Of a stretch of DNA of 48,306 bases, positions 34,828-47,295 are shown piece after piece. The stretch spans positions 1 through 48,306 of the forward strand of contig NW_024705396.1 in assembly GCF_018977255.1 (NCBI RefSeq), read 5' to 3'. Source of the stretch: Callorhinchus milii. Lineage: Eukaryota. The translations under genes and the position numbers were made by a program. The notes beneath the pieces are model-generated. The model did not search any database. It was not told the origin of the DNA and was given only the letters and a program-made list of their open reading frames with translations. Position 1 is the first letter of the stretch. Each line of letters begins with the position of its first letter.

Positions 34828-37466
34828 TCTCCATGACCACCCTGGTGTCGACCGGCGTCACCAAGTCGTCGTCCATCCGGAACCATCTCCCATCGCAGAT
34901 CTGTATGCAAACAACATCGAAGATTAATTAATTGCACCTGAACTATGCATATATTCGTAAAATGACACATGAGGAACAGAGGTGACCCTCTTATTACACC
35001 TATTATTTATTGTCCTATAAGTTGAGTAATCGAACCGATAATCCATAAAATAATTGATTACATTTGAAAGTTAAAATCCTGGTTGGGACTTCACTTGGTC
35101 CATCATCTATCCAGGGTCAATAAAGTAATTACACATTTTTGGTGAAGTCAACAGTGGTTCTATGCATACGCTCTCCCTCGGTCACAGGAAAGGGGAATTT
35201 TCACCACTGGCTCAGGCCTATAAATGGGAGATGAGCAGCACCTCATGGCTCATAGGAGCAGGATTTCTTCACTGAATCGAATTATTTAAAGGATCTACGC
35301 GTACGAATGATTGGCGTGTGTTTGTGTGGTAATGCAGTACATCACCTTGTTGTAACAGTAATGTCCCTCTGTGCTGCATTTCCCAGAGTGCACAAGGACC
35401 GAGTATAACCTGTACACTACAGGGTCTGCGTCCTCCTGCTGCGACATGAATGGCCGCACGTCCAGGTGCTGTGGGTACGGGCAATCCTGCAGTGGTGAGG
35501 GAGGAAGCAGTGATGCAGAAGCAGAGATGGTGTTAGGTGGGGAAGAGGAGAAGAATGATGCAGAGTCTAGTTCTTTATTATAATTTTTGTGCTACTATAT
35601 GTTTTACTTTACCAGATAATGCTGACTGGGCTTCATAGCTCTTTATCAGAATCGATCTAGCCACAAATGATATCTCAACGAAGTGGCTTATCACGTGGAT
35701 AGTTATAGCAGTCAAATACTCTAGCAGCAACTGGAGGACCCGGAGAAAAATACACGTGAACACAGGGAGAACATGCAAACTCCAAATATACAGGCATTGG
35801 GATTGGGAATAAACCCACGACCTCCTGTATACTAGGGGAGATCAGGTAGTTTGCCAGTTGTGCGGTGTAAGTGAGGCACTGCAGGGTGGCATTGAGGAAA
35901 CAGGTGTTCCCCATGTTGTCAAGGCCAGCACCCTCGCATGCGTTCCACTGACACGTGAGGCTCAGGTTTTCCCCCGATTCCGGTGCGAATCATGGAGCTT
36001 CATTATCGTTCTTATCTGCGCACAAAATACATACGAAATTTTCTGTTAACACTCGAGGCACTTCGGAGACTGGCTCGAAAGTTGCGTGGTAAAGCCAGAA
36101 TTTGTGATATCATTGTTTTAGCGGTGCTCTTTATTAACCCTTTCACAAGCATGTATTTTTCAACTCTAGGTGACCCTGCAGTGAGCTGTTTTTTGACATC
36201 ATTTCTGTAAACGTGGTCAAGGTAACAATATTCGTAATGAATTAATAGGGCGTGAACCTAGTCCTTGTCCGATATTTTACTTTTCCATATTTTATCACTA
36301 GAGGTGTGTGTACCTTGCAGTGAAATATTGGTACCAGTTACAGAAGGGCATCGATGTATCCCGTGATAAATAAATATTCATATTCTGAATGTACATTGAT
36401 TTCCCTCCATAAATGGTGTCTCATGGCTTCGTGCAAATTTTTGCCAACCAGATTAAACACAAGTATGTAACAATGTACATTATGCAAAAATCTGAAAATT
36501 AAAAGATGAATCCTAAATAATCAAGAAATATTTTAATCTCAAAAACATCCCTACTACAGAGTCACCTATTTTCAGTTGCACCATAATGAGGTTTTTGCTG
36601 AGGCAGTTTTTGAACGCAGTCCTAAATGCCTGTAACGTCAATCGGCCCATAGTGAAATTATAGTAGCTAAGAGTTAACACCTTTTTTTGGATTGAACAAG
36701 GTGTTACGAACTTCGGAAAAGAGATCATGGGAGGGAATTCAAAAGTCAAGATGGAGGTTACATTGGCACAAGCTGCTTACCTTCCACAGCAGGCTTATCC
36801 GGGACAGAAGCGGCAGCTGGAATCTGACGTGGGCCTGATGATGGTAGATGCTGTGGATTAAATCACGCCCTTCTGTTTGCGATCCAGGACATGAGCGAAA
36901 TGCTGGCCGCCCCTCCAGCTGACAGTTTGACTGGTGGCCTGGACGACCCCGCGGTTTGCTGCCTGGCCTCCCCGGGACCAGCAGCCTTGGTCACTCACGG
37001 GACCTGGGTTGCCCTGCTGGATGGTAGCCTGGCAGCCCTCACATTGGGCAGCCTTGTTGCTGGCACCAAGAATATCTACGTGGCTTGCCGCCAGGCTTGT
37101 GTTGCCCCGTTCGTCGAGGCTTGGTTCCCGATCAACCACCAGGCTTGGCCCACGGCCTGCCACCAGGTTTGACCTGCTGTCTGTCATTGGGTTCAGCCCA
37201 TGGCTACCCATCTGGTTTGCCTCTTGGCTAGACACCGGGCTCGTCTCAACGCTAGCCACTATGTTCATCTCATGGCTAGCCATCTGGCTCATATCATGGT
37301 TAGCTATTGGGTTGACCTGGTGGCTTTCCACCTGGCCCATTTCACGGTTAGCCACTGGGCTCGCCTGATGAGTTGCCACCTCGGTCTTCTCATGGCTAGC
37401 TACCGGGATTTCCTCATGAATTGCCGCTGTGCTCGGAACAGCTGTCTGGCTCATAAACCTTGTCAT
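34828..37466 (-). pseudogene. USP36/USP42-like pseudogene, copy B (further truncated by the LINE)
   Basis: Exons 37466-36781, 36015-~35835, 35486-35346 and partial 34900-34828 match copy A, including the stop codon. Confidence 0.85.
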
Positions 37467-38517
37467 CTGAAATACTGCGGCAGCAACAAAAGATGTTCTT
37501 GATATGCTTAATGAAGCCCTTTTTCTTGCACTTCACCATTGTGGTGTAAAGTATAAAATGTGTCCGTCTCAAAATTATGATGGCTGAATTTGATTTGTTG
37601 TAAAACTTGCAAATAAGAAACCCATATATCAAATTTAGAACATGTCTGACCCCCACCCTGTCAGATTAGCAACTGAGTCTGTGGGGGATGTGGTGTCACA
37701 ATGACATCACAGTGAAGTACCGTGCACAGGTCACTGAATCTTTTCTCCATAGCATCACTCAACAGCACAGGCCCCAGTGTTTGGTGATTACAACAATCAC
37801 GCTAAATAAATTTTGAAATATCTAAGTTAACAAATGTTAATGGTGAATGGTTTTAAAATGTAATTTATCCCAAACGAACTTCGTTGCGGGAAATGTATTT
37901 AAATGTATATTACGATGTTGTATTCCATCTGATTGTTGTACTTTATTCTTTTCCATTTATCATTTTGGTGACTGAAGTCACTTGTAAATATTACACCATC
38001 CTTGTCTCATGAGTTATGATTAAACAAAATGAAATTGAAATCGTCTTCAAATAGCTTCACTTAATGTAACAATCCCCGCAGCACTGGTGTAACATCGCCT
38101 AAATTTGACTAAATAGTAAGAGAAGACTGAAAATTGTGCACGTTTAAACCCAAAGTGGGTAGCACAATTTAATAAAATATACAATTATAACTATCGGTAA
38201 CGTGTTGTTTACACTCCTATAACTTACTATCTCACAAACCGGCCACTCCCTCTCCAGGCTTAACTGAACTCCAACTGCCATTTGACTCCTTTTTATCTAA
38301 TTATTTAATTACTGCATTTAATTGCCACAACCAATATCCTCGTGGTTGCTCTTGCCCCAATTGACAGCCCGCGCGGCTGTTAACCGATCACACGTCACAG
38401 CCACGAGCTGTAGGGGCGGGGCTCTGTCCACTCAGTGGTGATGTTAAATGTTCAGATTTAGCAGCACGAGTCTCATCTCTGCAGTTCCCCGTTGTGCTGC
38501 CACCTTTATCATATGAT

Positions 38518-38992
38518 CCTTATGGCGGTACCCCCGGGGTACCAAATAATACAAAATGGCCAAGGCAATTAAATATTTATATATACAAATCAGTCTGCCT
38601 CAGCAGCAGACCATGCTTTCCCACCTGATGACGGACGCTTGTGTTGCGCCCGAAACGTGATTTATTTTATACCTACGTGACTTTACCGAAAGAAAAAGAG
38701 TATGGATTCCTGCAGTCACGAAAGCTTCAAATCAAGATTGAATTAAATATTTTCAGGTGTGTACTTAACTCCGCGACTGGGGTACCAATCAATCTGAAAT
38801 CAGTGCTACTCCACGATGTCGAAATGCAGCGAGGACGATTGCACTGAAACCCTGAACGCTCCCGTACGCACCATAGTGCATCGTGTGCAGCTCGTCGAGA
38901 TGAATCGATTGCCGCATCGCCGACCATCGACGGACTAAAAATGACTGTATCACGGACATTATACTATGGTATCCCTGGGTACCGCCATAAGG
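38518..38992. mobile_element. piggyBac-like MITE, duplicate copy
   Basis: Same TIRs as 12301-12781; TTAA on the right flank. Confidence 0.7.
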
Positions 38993-39216
38993 TTAATATA
39001 TCCTCGTAATTTCTTCATACACGAGAATTGTGTTTAACTACACTGGAACACGAGCTAATTTTATTACTCCTCGTCAGTAGACGTCCTCTCGGAGGCATTT
39101 CATTCTTTGGCTGCCACTCCATCACTGTTCTTTAACTCTTCGCTAGCAACAGTTTTATGTCTTTAACCTGTGTATTTTCCCTAATCCACATGTTCTTCTT
39201 TCAGTGTGATTCCAAG

Positions 39217-39934
39217 TGTAGTGACAGGGTGCCATCTGTTGACCATGAAGGATAACTACGGGTATGGGTGTGCTATATAACAGCGAACCATAAGGGGGGT
39301 GGTAACTGGCCCAAGGGTCAGAGGTGGGGATCAGTCAGGAAGCTCCTGGAACCTGCATGAGAGTTCTAGAAGGGGGGTGGCATGGCCAGAGGCGGGGCTT
39401 GGCCAGAGGCGGGGCTTGGCCATTCTGAGGAGTATATAAGAGGGAGGTAACCAGAGGTTCGGGGTTGTCGTGGGGGTTCGGATCCTGGCTGCCGTCACTG
39501 TCTTCGCCGTCATTTCTTCATCATCGTCCGGCCATATAGCCGATCCGCTGTACGGTCCCCATCGTCATCGTCGCTGTATAGTCAGCCAGCTATATAATTA
39601 GACGCCGGCAATGTGGCTGTATGAGTGGGTCCGCTATACGTAGCCCAGTGTGTACTTTGCTCGGTGACTCTGCCTGTAAAGTGTGAGCCCTCTGCAAGTC
39701 GTGTCTCAGAAGTCGCTCACTACACAAGCATGCTTCTGTTTATGCTTTGTACTTTTCAGTTTTTGTTTCATTACATTTTATTTTCGTAAATTACCTTGTT
39801 TACAAACGATATGTAGAAGCAGGTCGTATGTATTGACCAACCCACACTTAACCAACCAACCTGGCCTGCACCTCGCCATTCACCAGACTATACTGACCAG
39901 CTAGGTGAAGTATTGCCAAAAAATCCTCACAACA
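39217..39934 (+). mobile_element. Solo-LTR-like element
   Basis: TGTAGTGA...TCACAACA termini, duplicated GC-box unit GGCCAGAGGCGGGGCTT, and TATATAA at ~39434. No TSD, PBS or PPT found. Confidence 0.5.
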
Positions 39935-40909
39935 CACACGACATGGGGAGGCCCTCATCCAGCAGTGAATTGATCAAATGGGGCCGTGTATGTGTGCAAG
40001 GTTTTGCTGTGTCATGCTTTGGTTTTTGAGAGAGAAAAAATGTTTCCTTCATTCTGTTCCGTTCCAGATTAGGCTGCTCCGGTTCACTCTGCAGCTAAGC
40101 TCACCGAATAGTTTGTGCGATCAGAGCGGAAGATCCTGCCCGACTGTAAACACTAGTCCTCGTTTTAAATAGACACATAACCACAGCGAGATTGCAATCA
40201 TCCGTTGGTTGCAGATGTACAGATACATTGACTCGCAATGTATGCCAAGTAACACCATTTTATGAGCTTACAATTCACTATTTTGTTCATAAAAGGGCCA
40301 TTGATTCAGTTAAAGCACATATGTGGTGAACAAGCACAAACAACTAACTACAATATCACGCTCGTCAATAACACTGCGGCCTTCATAGTTAAAGTATACA
40401 ACACATGTTTCAGGCAACGCTTTGTCTTCATTGGCCCTCCATAAAATGTATGTGCTGTGAAGGAGGGCCATTGCCTGAAACGTCGCCGATTATGTTTTCC
40501 TTTGAAGGCTACAGAGCTAATGACAAAGGTGTTGCGTTTTTGTTTATTTAGTTTACGGTGACTGTACACTTTAAGATGAAAATTACATTTTAAAACGTGT
40601 ACCCGTGCTTTGTAACTTGTCAAATAAATGTATTTGCGATGCGGTGGGCCGGTTTTGAGTCGAAATAAGCTGCATGGGATCAATCCCATCCAATCACAGA
40701 TTGTTATAGCATCAGGAGGTCGGCATGAAACAATGCGATGGATCGCGGGGTGCGACGCCTGCAAGTGGCAATGAAACAAACAGGTCCTTTTTGGAAACCA
40801 ACGTTGACAAGTTCAGCTTGGTGAATTATGGTCAGAAAATCCCATGACCAACACTGCAGGCCTTTCTCCAGCAGTCAATGAGAAGGGGAAGTAAATGCAA
40901 ATGAGACTC

Positions 40910-41614
40910 ATACAACTCCTGGAGGGCCCCGGAGAACCCGAGCCCGCCCCCGCAGACCCGTCCCCCGGAAATGGCGCTCCCGCCTCCGGCTCAGCGTCTC
41001 CCTCGACGTCCTTCTCCTGGCCCCTGGTGAGCGTTTTCTGTCTTGTCTCCATGTCGGCGAGGTTCTTTGGCCGCTTCTAACACCAAATGTAGTATTCTTG
41101 AATGAGACCGACACTTCGTAGAGGCCACACGCTTTTATTCCGATAACACTAGTCTCAGGACTCACTGGGGAGACAGTCCCACACACACAACCTAGGAGGT
41201 ACAGCCTCCGGCTCTATTCTCATTTCTCTCCTTCCCTAGCCTCCAGCTACTCTGTTACTCTCTTCCTAGCCTACAGCTACTCAGCTACTCTCTTCCCTAG
41301 CCTACAGCTACTCAGCCCACTCAGTTCCAGCGGGGCGGCATCCTTGAGGCTTGGGGTCCAGGATCTCCGGCTCTCCTCCTTCAGCTTCTCCTCCGATCCC
41401 TCCGCTCTCCGGGAGCCGTCTTATATATCCCCTCTCTCTCTGAGGGGCGGGGTGTCTCGGGCCCTGGCTCTCGCCAGCCCCCTCCCCTCAGAGCCGTTCC
41501 AACCACCTCTCGTCCCTGTCAATCCGGGCCGGTCCAGACCGGTACGTACCTCTCCCCTAGCTTGTGTGACCTGTGTGACCTGTGTCAACCTTGGTGTCAA
41601 CCTTGACCACCACA
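40910..41614 (-). mobile_element. Gypsy-like LTR retrotransposon 5' fragment (LTR + PBS + start of gag)
   Basis: LTR 41614-41088 (TG...CA, TATATAA at 41427-41421, AATAAA at 41139-41134). It is followed 2 nt later by PBS TGGTGTTAGAAGCGG (tRNA-Leu-like) and an ORF starting METRQKT at 41052. Confidence 0.75.
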
Positions 41615-42031
41615 CAACCTCCGATTAGCACGGTTGGCTACGTACGGCGCAAAAGAAGTTGAACATACATAAAACGTATAAATTAAATACAATATTAGTT
41701 ACACACATACGTTGTGATTAAGACTCGGCCGAATTGTATCTCACGCTAATTCATTTTACGCAAATCTCAATGGTAGACATTTCCCAAGGCAAGCAGTGGA
41801 GTAAATGTGCGTTATATTCACAAACCCGTTAAATGCACTGCTTAATAACGGCGGGGGAGAGGAGCAGGGGAGGCAAGGACAGTTTAAATGTCACTCGCCA
41901 CTGATGTTGGCCGTGTTCGAGAAAAACAGACCGCTGAGTTCAATGTGCAGTACGCAAACCGACTGCTCCACCCGCAAAAACAATTGCAGAAAACATTTCT
42001 CCATGCACTCCGCTCTTGAAACGTCCTCTGC

Positions 42032-44606
42032 TTACTTCTTCTTGGCTTTGAACGTGACCACGAACCTCTGCATTAATTTAGGCAGCCGCCTCTCTTCCTT
42101 TTGCCGGTCGCCGGTCGGATGATTAGTATGCACGTGGCGCTGCTGCTGCTGCAGCAACTGCTGCTGCTGCAGCAGCAACTGCTGCGTTGTGAATCGCTTC
42201 ATTGTGGTGGCTCTGTCATCACCACGGGGCCCACCCCTGCCGCCGTCGGTCCTGAAGGAGCTGTTTAGATAGGAAAGCGAGCCATGCCGGCTCAGTCGGT
42301 TGTAGTCAGCGAATGACACCTGCGCTCCACTTCTGCCCAAGTCCACGTCAAACCTTGACTGACGCACTGGACGAGTGTCCGGTGCCGCCGTTGCCTCTGC
42401 TGCTGCTGCTGCCTTCCCCGCGTCGTCCTCATCACTCTTGTAGAAGACCTCAAAGCGACTGTAAGGGCGCTTCTCTCTGCGCATGCAGTCGATCTTCTGC
42501 AGTAGCTCCTCCGACCTGAGCTCAACGCTCTTGTTTACTTCTTCGGGCTTTGCGGTATCGAGCTCTACTTCTTTGGCTCTTGGTTCCACTGCTCTAGGGT
42601 TAGCTCCTGTGCTTTAGTGTGAGTCAGATCAACATTTGGGGTCAGGTCGGCTGCTGTAGGGGCCACTTCGTCCAGGGCCCCACTGATTGACTCTCCGTGG
42701 CAAGCCCCTCCCAAGTAATTCGACTCTGGCCAAACCTCACTCGGTCTCTTGATTAGTTTATTCCCTGCGTTTAGTCTGCTACTGGGCAATGCTGCCATAT
42801 TGGAGGTTTTCGCGTCCACAAGACAATTGGTGCTGACATCAGGACTGAAATTATCGAGCAGCGCCGAGCTCTTCATCTCAGCAGAGGTTAGCGTGGAGGA
42901 GGTAGGGGTGTGCTCGTGCTTTGCGGGAGAGTTTGTGTAAGGTAGAGTGTTCCCTTTACTCTTCTCCAAAAGCTTGGTGTTCTTCGGGATGCTGCTCTCT
43001 GCTTGTCTTCCAGCCACCTCATCTGACCTGGCATCATCTATCCTCTGAGCGGCTTCATTTAAACAGTGCTTGTATCCCTTGTCTGGCGAAAAGTAAAACA
43101 GCGATCGGAATTTTAGTGACCTTTTGAGTTTTGCCATCGCGCTCTCATCCTTTTTCCCTCTTTGCATAGCGAAGACATAGTCATCGTAGGTCCCTGGGGA
43201 AGTCCTTGGGGCTCGGTCTCCACGAAGGATGGCATTGAGAGCGTGTGAAGGGACAATTCGCCGAGCGTTCCGCTGCTTCCTTGCTCTGAAGGTTATTCAT
43301 GGACGTGGTTTGATGACGATTCAGCTGAAGATGATCCTGGCCCCAGTTGCCGACAAAATTGGTAAAGAGCTTCTCACTGTCTCCTTGTCTTGATCATTCG
43401 AAGCTGTCCTGAATCTTGAAAAGAGCAAGGGCTGCTCGTTGGAATGTGTGTCACTCTCAGCGTTTGTAATTTCTGAATTACTCCCTTGCTTGAGCAATAC
43501 TTGTGATGCATACTTAGGAAACCTCTCCACATGTACACGGCCCACTGTAGCATCATATTTATTGATGGCAGACTCGCTTTTGTACATGCTGCTCAATGGT
43601 AGGGAGGCCTGAAACCACGAATTCCGTGCAAACGTAGATTTGATGTTAATAATTTCCTGCGTCGTTTTTACCTGGGCGGTTAGTCTTGTAGACCTGTGGA
43701 ATTTTCCGGGGTAGTTGGCATCATCTCCTTTCACATCTGAAGTGTTGCCTTCCTCATTACAGCTAACCCCACCCCCCCCTAGTCACACGGCGTCACAAAA
43801 AGTCAGACCCCCTCAAATATGACGTCACAAAGCTCTGCCCCCCACCCCCCCCCAAAAAAGAAAACATGCTTCAAATCGCTATAAACTATTGTCATTGTAG
43901 TGCGTATTTAATGTGGCGCTGCACTCTGATGTTGTAGGATAAAACATTTATTAAAACGTCTATTTAATTAAGTAGAACGTGTTGTCTATATTTATCTAAA
44001 GTTGCGCATTTTTATGCAACGTCATATTTCTCAACCCCCCCCCCCCCATCGTCACAAATGTCTGACCCCCCCCCCCACCAGGTGCGTGACGTCATTTATG
44101 GACGGCCCCTTTGTTACCGCTTCCCGTGGCCCGTTCTCTTCCGCAGACAGACATGCTGCTCTCGCCATAGCGTGACGCCGGCAGCAGTCGGAATCAAGTT
44201 GGGGAATTAAGCGGCGAATATGTCTGTGTCTTCGAGTGGAATGTTTATCTTGGCGACACTATTGGGCTCCTAAAGAAGGTTTCTTAATTGGGACCCTCAG
44301 AATCCCATGGTTACATGTGAAATCGTTGGATCATGGACTTGAGTCTTTAAAAGTCTGTAGATTAGACGTATTCTGCTGTATACATAATTACACACCAGAC
44401 ATGTGTGTACGGATGCAAATATACGTTTGTTTTGTGAGACGTGTGTGTATTTGTGGGAGGCTCGGTGGTCAGCGCATTGCGCCATGAACCCCATGACTTA
44501 AGATCGAAGTCTAATTCACGGCCATGACTAATACACGCAATGACCAGCGTGGTGAAATATGGCCAAACAACTCCCACGACTGACACGCCGTGGTGAGGCC
44601 TTCATG
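42032..44606 (-). pseudogene. FAM83B: FAM83B-like 3' coding region, disrupted
   Basis: Motifs recalled as FAM83B-like appear in order: YVYSRIR-LIYR, LKRSLKFRSLFYFSPDK, RPYSRFEVFYK, and C-terminal LPKLMQRFVVTFKAKKK*. The region is broken by stops, frameshifts and a MITE. Candidate acceptor TTGTAG| at 44606. Confidence 0.7.
43763..44110. mobile_element. PIF/Harbinger-like MITE remnant
   Basis: The right end reads AGGGGCCGTCCATAAATGACGTCACGC on the minus strand, with internal GTCACA/poly-C subrepeats. The left TIR is missing. It interrupts the FAM83B-like sequence. Confidence 0.55.
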
Positions 44607-44689
44607 CTACAATGGATTGAAAAAGGGCTTTAAATTATCAGAATTTATTTTTTACTATGTGTGTTAGTGTGTGTGTACAAACCATTGGG

Positions 44690-44930
44690 GAGTGGTGGTG
44701 CAATCGTTAGCGCACCACCTATAGAACCCGGCCATCTGAGTTCGATTCGCGACTATGGCTAAGAGCGCCAAGTGATATCAGTCCTGGGCCTCTCCCGGGT
44801 CGAATCAGCTTTGAACATGAACACCTGGTGCGGTGTATACACATCGGCACAGAGGAGATAAAGGCGGGCAGGCATGGTGCTGGCCACAGCATCCACCCAA
44901 CATGCGCCGTGGCAGCCTTCATGTGCTAAC
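44690..44930 (+). mobile_element. tRNA-derived SINE
   Basis: A box TGGTGCAATCG, B box GTTCGATTC, and GGTCGAATCAGC core. Confidence 0.65.
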
Positions 44931-45329
44931 TTACATCAATGTTGAGGCCACGTTGGCCCAACGGTTCCAACCACATGCCAACGTTGGCTCAATGTGTGAT
45001 GTTTACTGGGAGTCTATGTAGGCTGCGTGGGAGCTGTCTGTCTTTGTATTTTTTGTATACAGTGACATTTTGCAAACTTGTCAAAGACCCAGAGGGCTGT
45101 GGATTTATGTAACCGTTTTATAATTGAATTGGCACTGCCTGACTTAAATGTTTCAAATGTGTCACCTTAAGGGCTTCAAGCACCCCTCCTCTAAACCACC
45201 ATATCACAGTGGTTAACGCACTGCGCTCACGAATCTGGCAAGTCGAGTCCGGATTCTCGGCCAATGGCTAACATCGGCAGCCAGTGATTATCTGAAGGCG
45301 ATATTGTTGTCTTCTTTTTTAATTCGCAG

Positions 45330-45497
45330 GTCATTGCCATTGTGATGGACGTCTTCTCCGACGTTGACATCTTCAGGGACCTGATGGATATAGCCTGTGT
45401 GCGCAAGGTGCCAGTCTACATCGTGCTGGACAACATCGGCTTCCCCACGTTCAGGGACATGTGTGACCACTGTGGCGTGCACGCGGGCAAGATAGAG
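45330..45497 (+). CDS. FAM83B: FAM83 DUF1669 (pseudo-PLD) exon
   Basis: CAG|...|GTAAGC, 168 bp, translating as VIAIVMDVFSDVDIFRDLMDIACVRKVPVYIVLDNIGFPTFRDMCDHCGVHAGKIE. Confidence 0.9.
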
Positions 45498-45539
45498 GTA
45501 AGCGGGTAGGTAGCAAGTTACACTGTACCTTTTCTGAGC

Positions 45540-45700
45540 TATGGGAGGAAACCGGAGAACGCAAAGGAAACCACATGCAGAAGAGGGGGAGAACATACAC
45601 ACTCCTAACAGAAAGGGGCCTAAATCAGTTAAAGTATCGAACCCAGGTTCCTTTTTTTACTGAGGCACAAGCGTTACCACTGCAGCCCACCGTGCCGCCC
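45540..45700 (-). mobile_element. V-SINE-like fragment in intron
   Basis: Minus strand tRNA head (GGCACGGTGG...GGTTCGATA) and GAGTGTGTATGTTCTCCCC...CTCCGGTTTCCTCCCA. Confidence 0.65.
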
Positions 45701-45729
45701 TAATGGCAAGCGCGTCTCTCTGTGCGTAG

Positions 45730-45854
45730 AACATGCGAGTGCGGGTCATCAAGGGCACCGTGTACTGCTGTCGAACGGGCAAGAAGTTCCACGGGCAGAT
45801 GTTCGAGAAGTTTCTTCTCATTGACTGCAAGGTCGCTCTCTGCGGCTCCTACAG
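45730..45854 (+). CDS. FAM83B: FAM83 DUF1669 exon
   Basis: TAG|...|GTGACG, 125 bp, translating as NMRVRVIKGTVYCCRTGKKFHGQMFEKFLLIDCKVALCGSY(S). Confidence 0.9.
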
Positions 45855-46011
45855 GTGACGGCAACACTCGTACACACCTGCCGTTCAACACGCTGCATCA
45901 CGGGGTTCTTTGACTCGTGACCCGTGGGCCAGGTTGTGGCCCACGAAGGCTCTTGGGAGTGGTCCGCCGAGCTATTGGCCTGTTGAGAGGTTTAGCAAGT
46001 ACCCTCTAGAG

Positions 46012-46485
46012 CAGTGGTTCTCAACCGGAGGTACTCCACCCTGGAGGGTACACGTGGCAATGTCTCAGGGGGTACGTGAGGTGATTTATAAATGTGTGAA
46101 ATTATACCATGCATGAGTCATTGGCGAATAAATCATATATCAATCTGGCAATATAAAATAACTACGATAACATTTGAATACATATGGTAACCGAGAACGA
46201 TATAAAGACCTTCATAAACTCATTGATCGTAAACAATGTGGTTTCCAAGAGTAACCAGCGAGTGCGAACAAATTACGTCACTCTTGCAGTGTCCGTAGTT
46301 TTTTTATTCGTTTGCAGTTACTATCCAGTTAGGATGCTCACAAAATGGTCAATTGGTAAAAATATTGATGTTCATTATTATCTCAAAACCATGTTTAGTC
46401 AGAAAGGGGGGTACATTCGTTTTAAACAAAATTCAACCAAGGTAGGGGGGGGGTAACAGGTGCCAAACCAGGTAGAGAATCACTG
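46012..46485. mobile_element. hAT-Charlie-type MITE
   Basis: TIRs CAGTGGTTCTCAACC / GGTAGAGAATCACTG with a perfect 8-bp TSD CTCTAGAG (46004-46011, 46486-46493). Confidence 0.9.
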
Positions 46486-46973
46486 CTCTAGAGGAGTTCC
46501 CCAAAGCTCCCTGTCATACAGGCTCTTATGCCAGTGGTGGCATGAGGAAGAAATTGGAGGGCTGCGCCCACACTGGTTTTTATATGATTGCGCAGTAAAT
46601 AGTTAGTGTGTTCAGGGTTACTTGTTTATTAAATTATTCGTAATGCCCCACAACAAAACATAATTCATTTTCACAAATTGGCAGTTCCACAAGTTACATA
46701 ACTTCACATTATTTGTATCTGAATGCCAGTCCTAATTGGTTTAAACACTATGCCCAAATAAAAATACACTTCATAATTATACTAACGATCACCCACATCT
46801 TCAATGTGTCTGAAAAGTACATCAGAATGCGTGGAACTGCCCTTTGCATCAACTCTTTGGCAAGCCATGCACCCTCACGATAAGTTGGATAAAAAAAAGC
46901 ATTTGTTCCGAACATCTCATTAAAGATCATGTATCACGATAGTTTAACGATACGGTGGCACAAAAACTAAACG

Positions 46974-47269
46974 TTTTTTTATTTACCAGGTAAGGCCCAC
47001 TGAGCTATAATAGTTATTTTTCAAAAGCGACCTGGCCACAAATGATAGCTCAACGAAGTGGCTTATCACGTGGAAATGTTTAGGAAACAAATACTCTAAA
47101 AGCGTGTTGATTCTAAATGTGGTGGGAAAACCAGAAGACCCAGAGAAAAATCCACACGACCACGGGGAGAACATCCAAACTCCATATATACAGGTGTAAG
47201 TGTCGGCATCAAACCCACGACCACCTGCATACCAGGCAAGGTAGTTAACATCTCGCCACCGTGCCACCC
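46974..47269 (-). mobile_element. Full-length V-SINE-type element
   Basis: Reverse-complement homolog of 13567-13867. Confidence 0.8.
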
Positions 47270-47295
47270 ATATAAAATCAACGTGTGTTTTGCAG

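Larger units (their letters stand above)
26071..39203 (+). repeat. Near-identical segmental duplicate (or uncollapsed haplotype) of 47-12992
   Basis: Collinear, with identical ORF translations throughout. Differences are mostly homopolymer indels, absence of the 1751-4226 equivalent, a LINE insertion and a few small deletions. Confidence 0.95.

Noticed and set aside
31711..34970. Many short ORFs overlapping the LINE
   Set aside because: They are alternate-frame or antisense shadows of the RT ORF.
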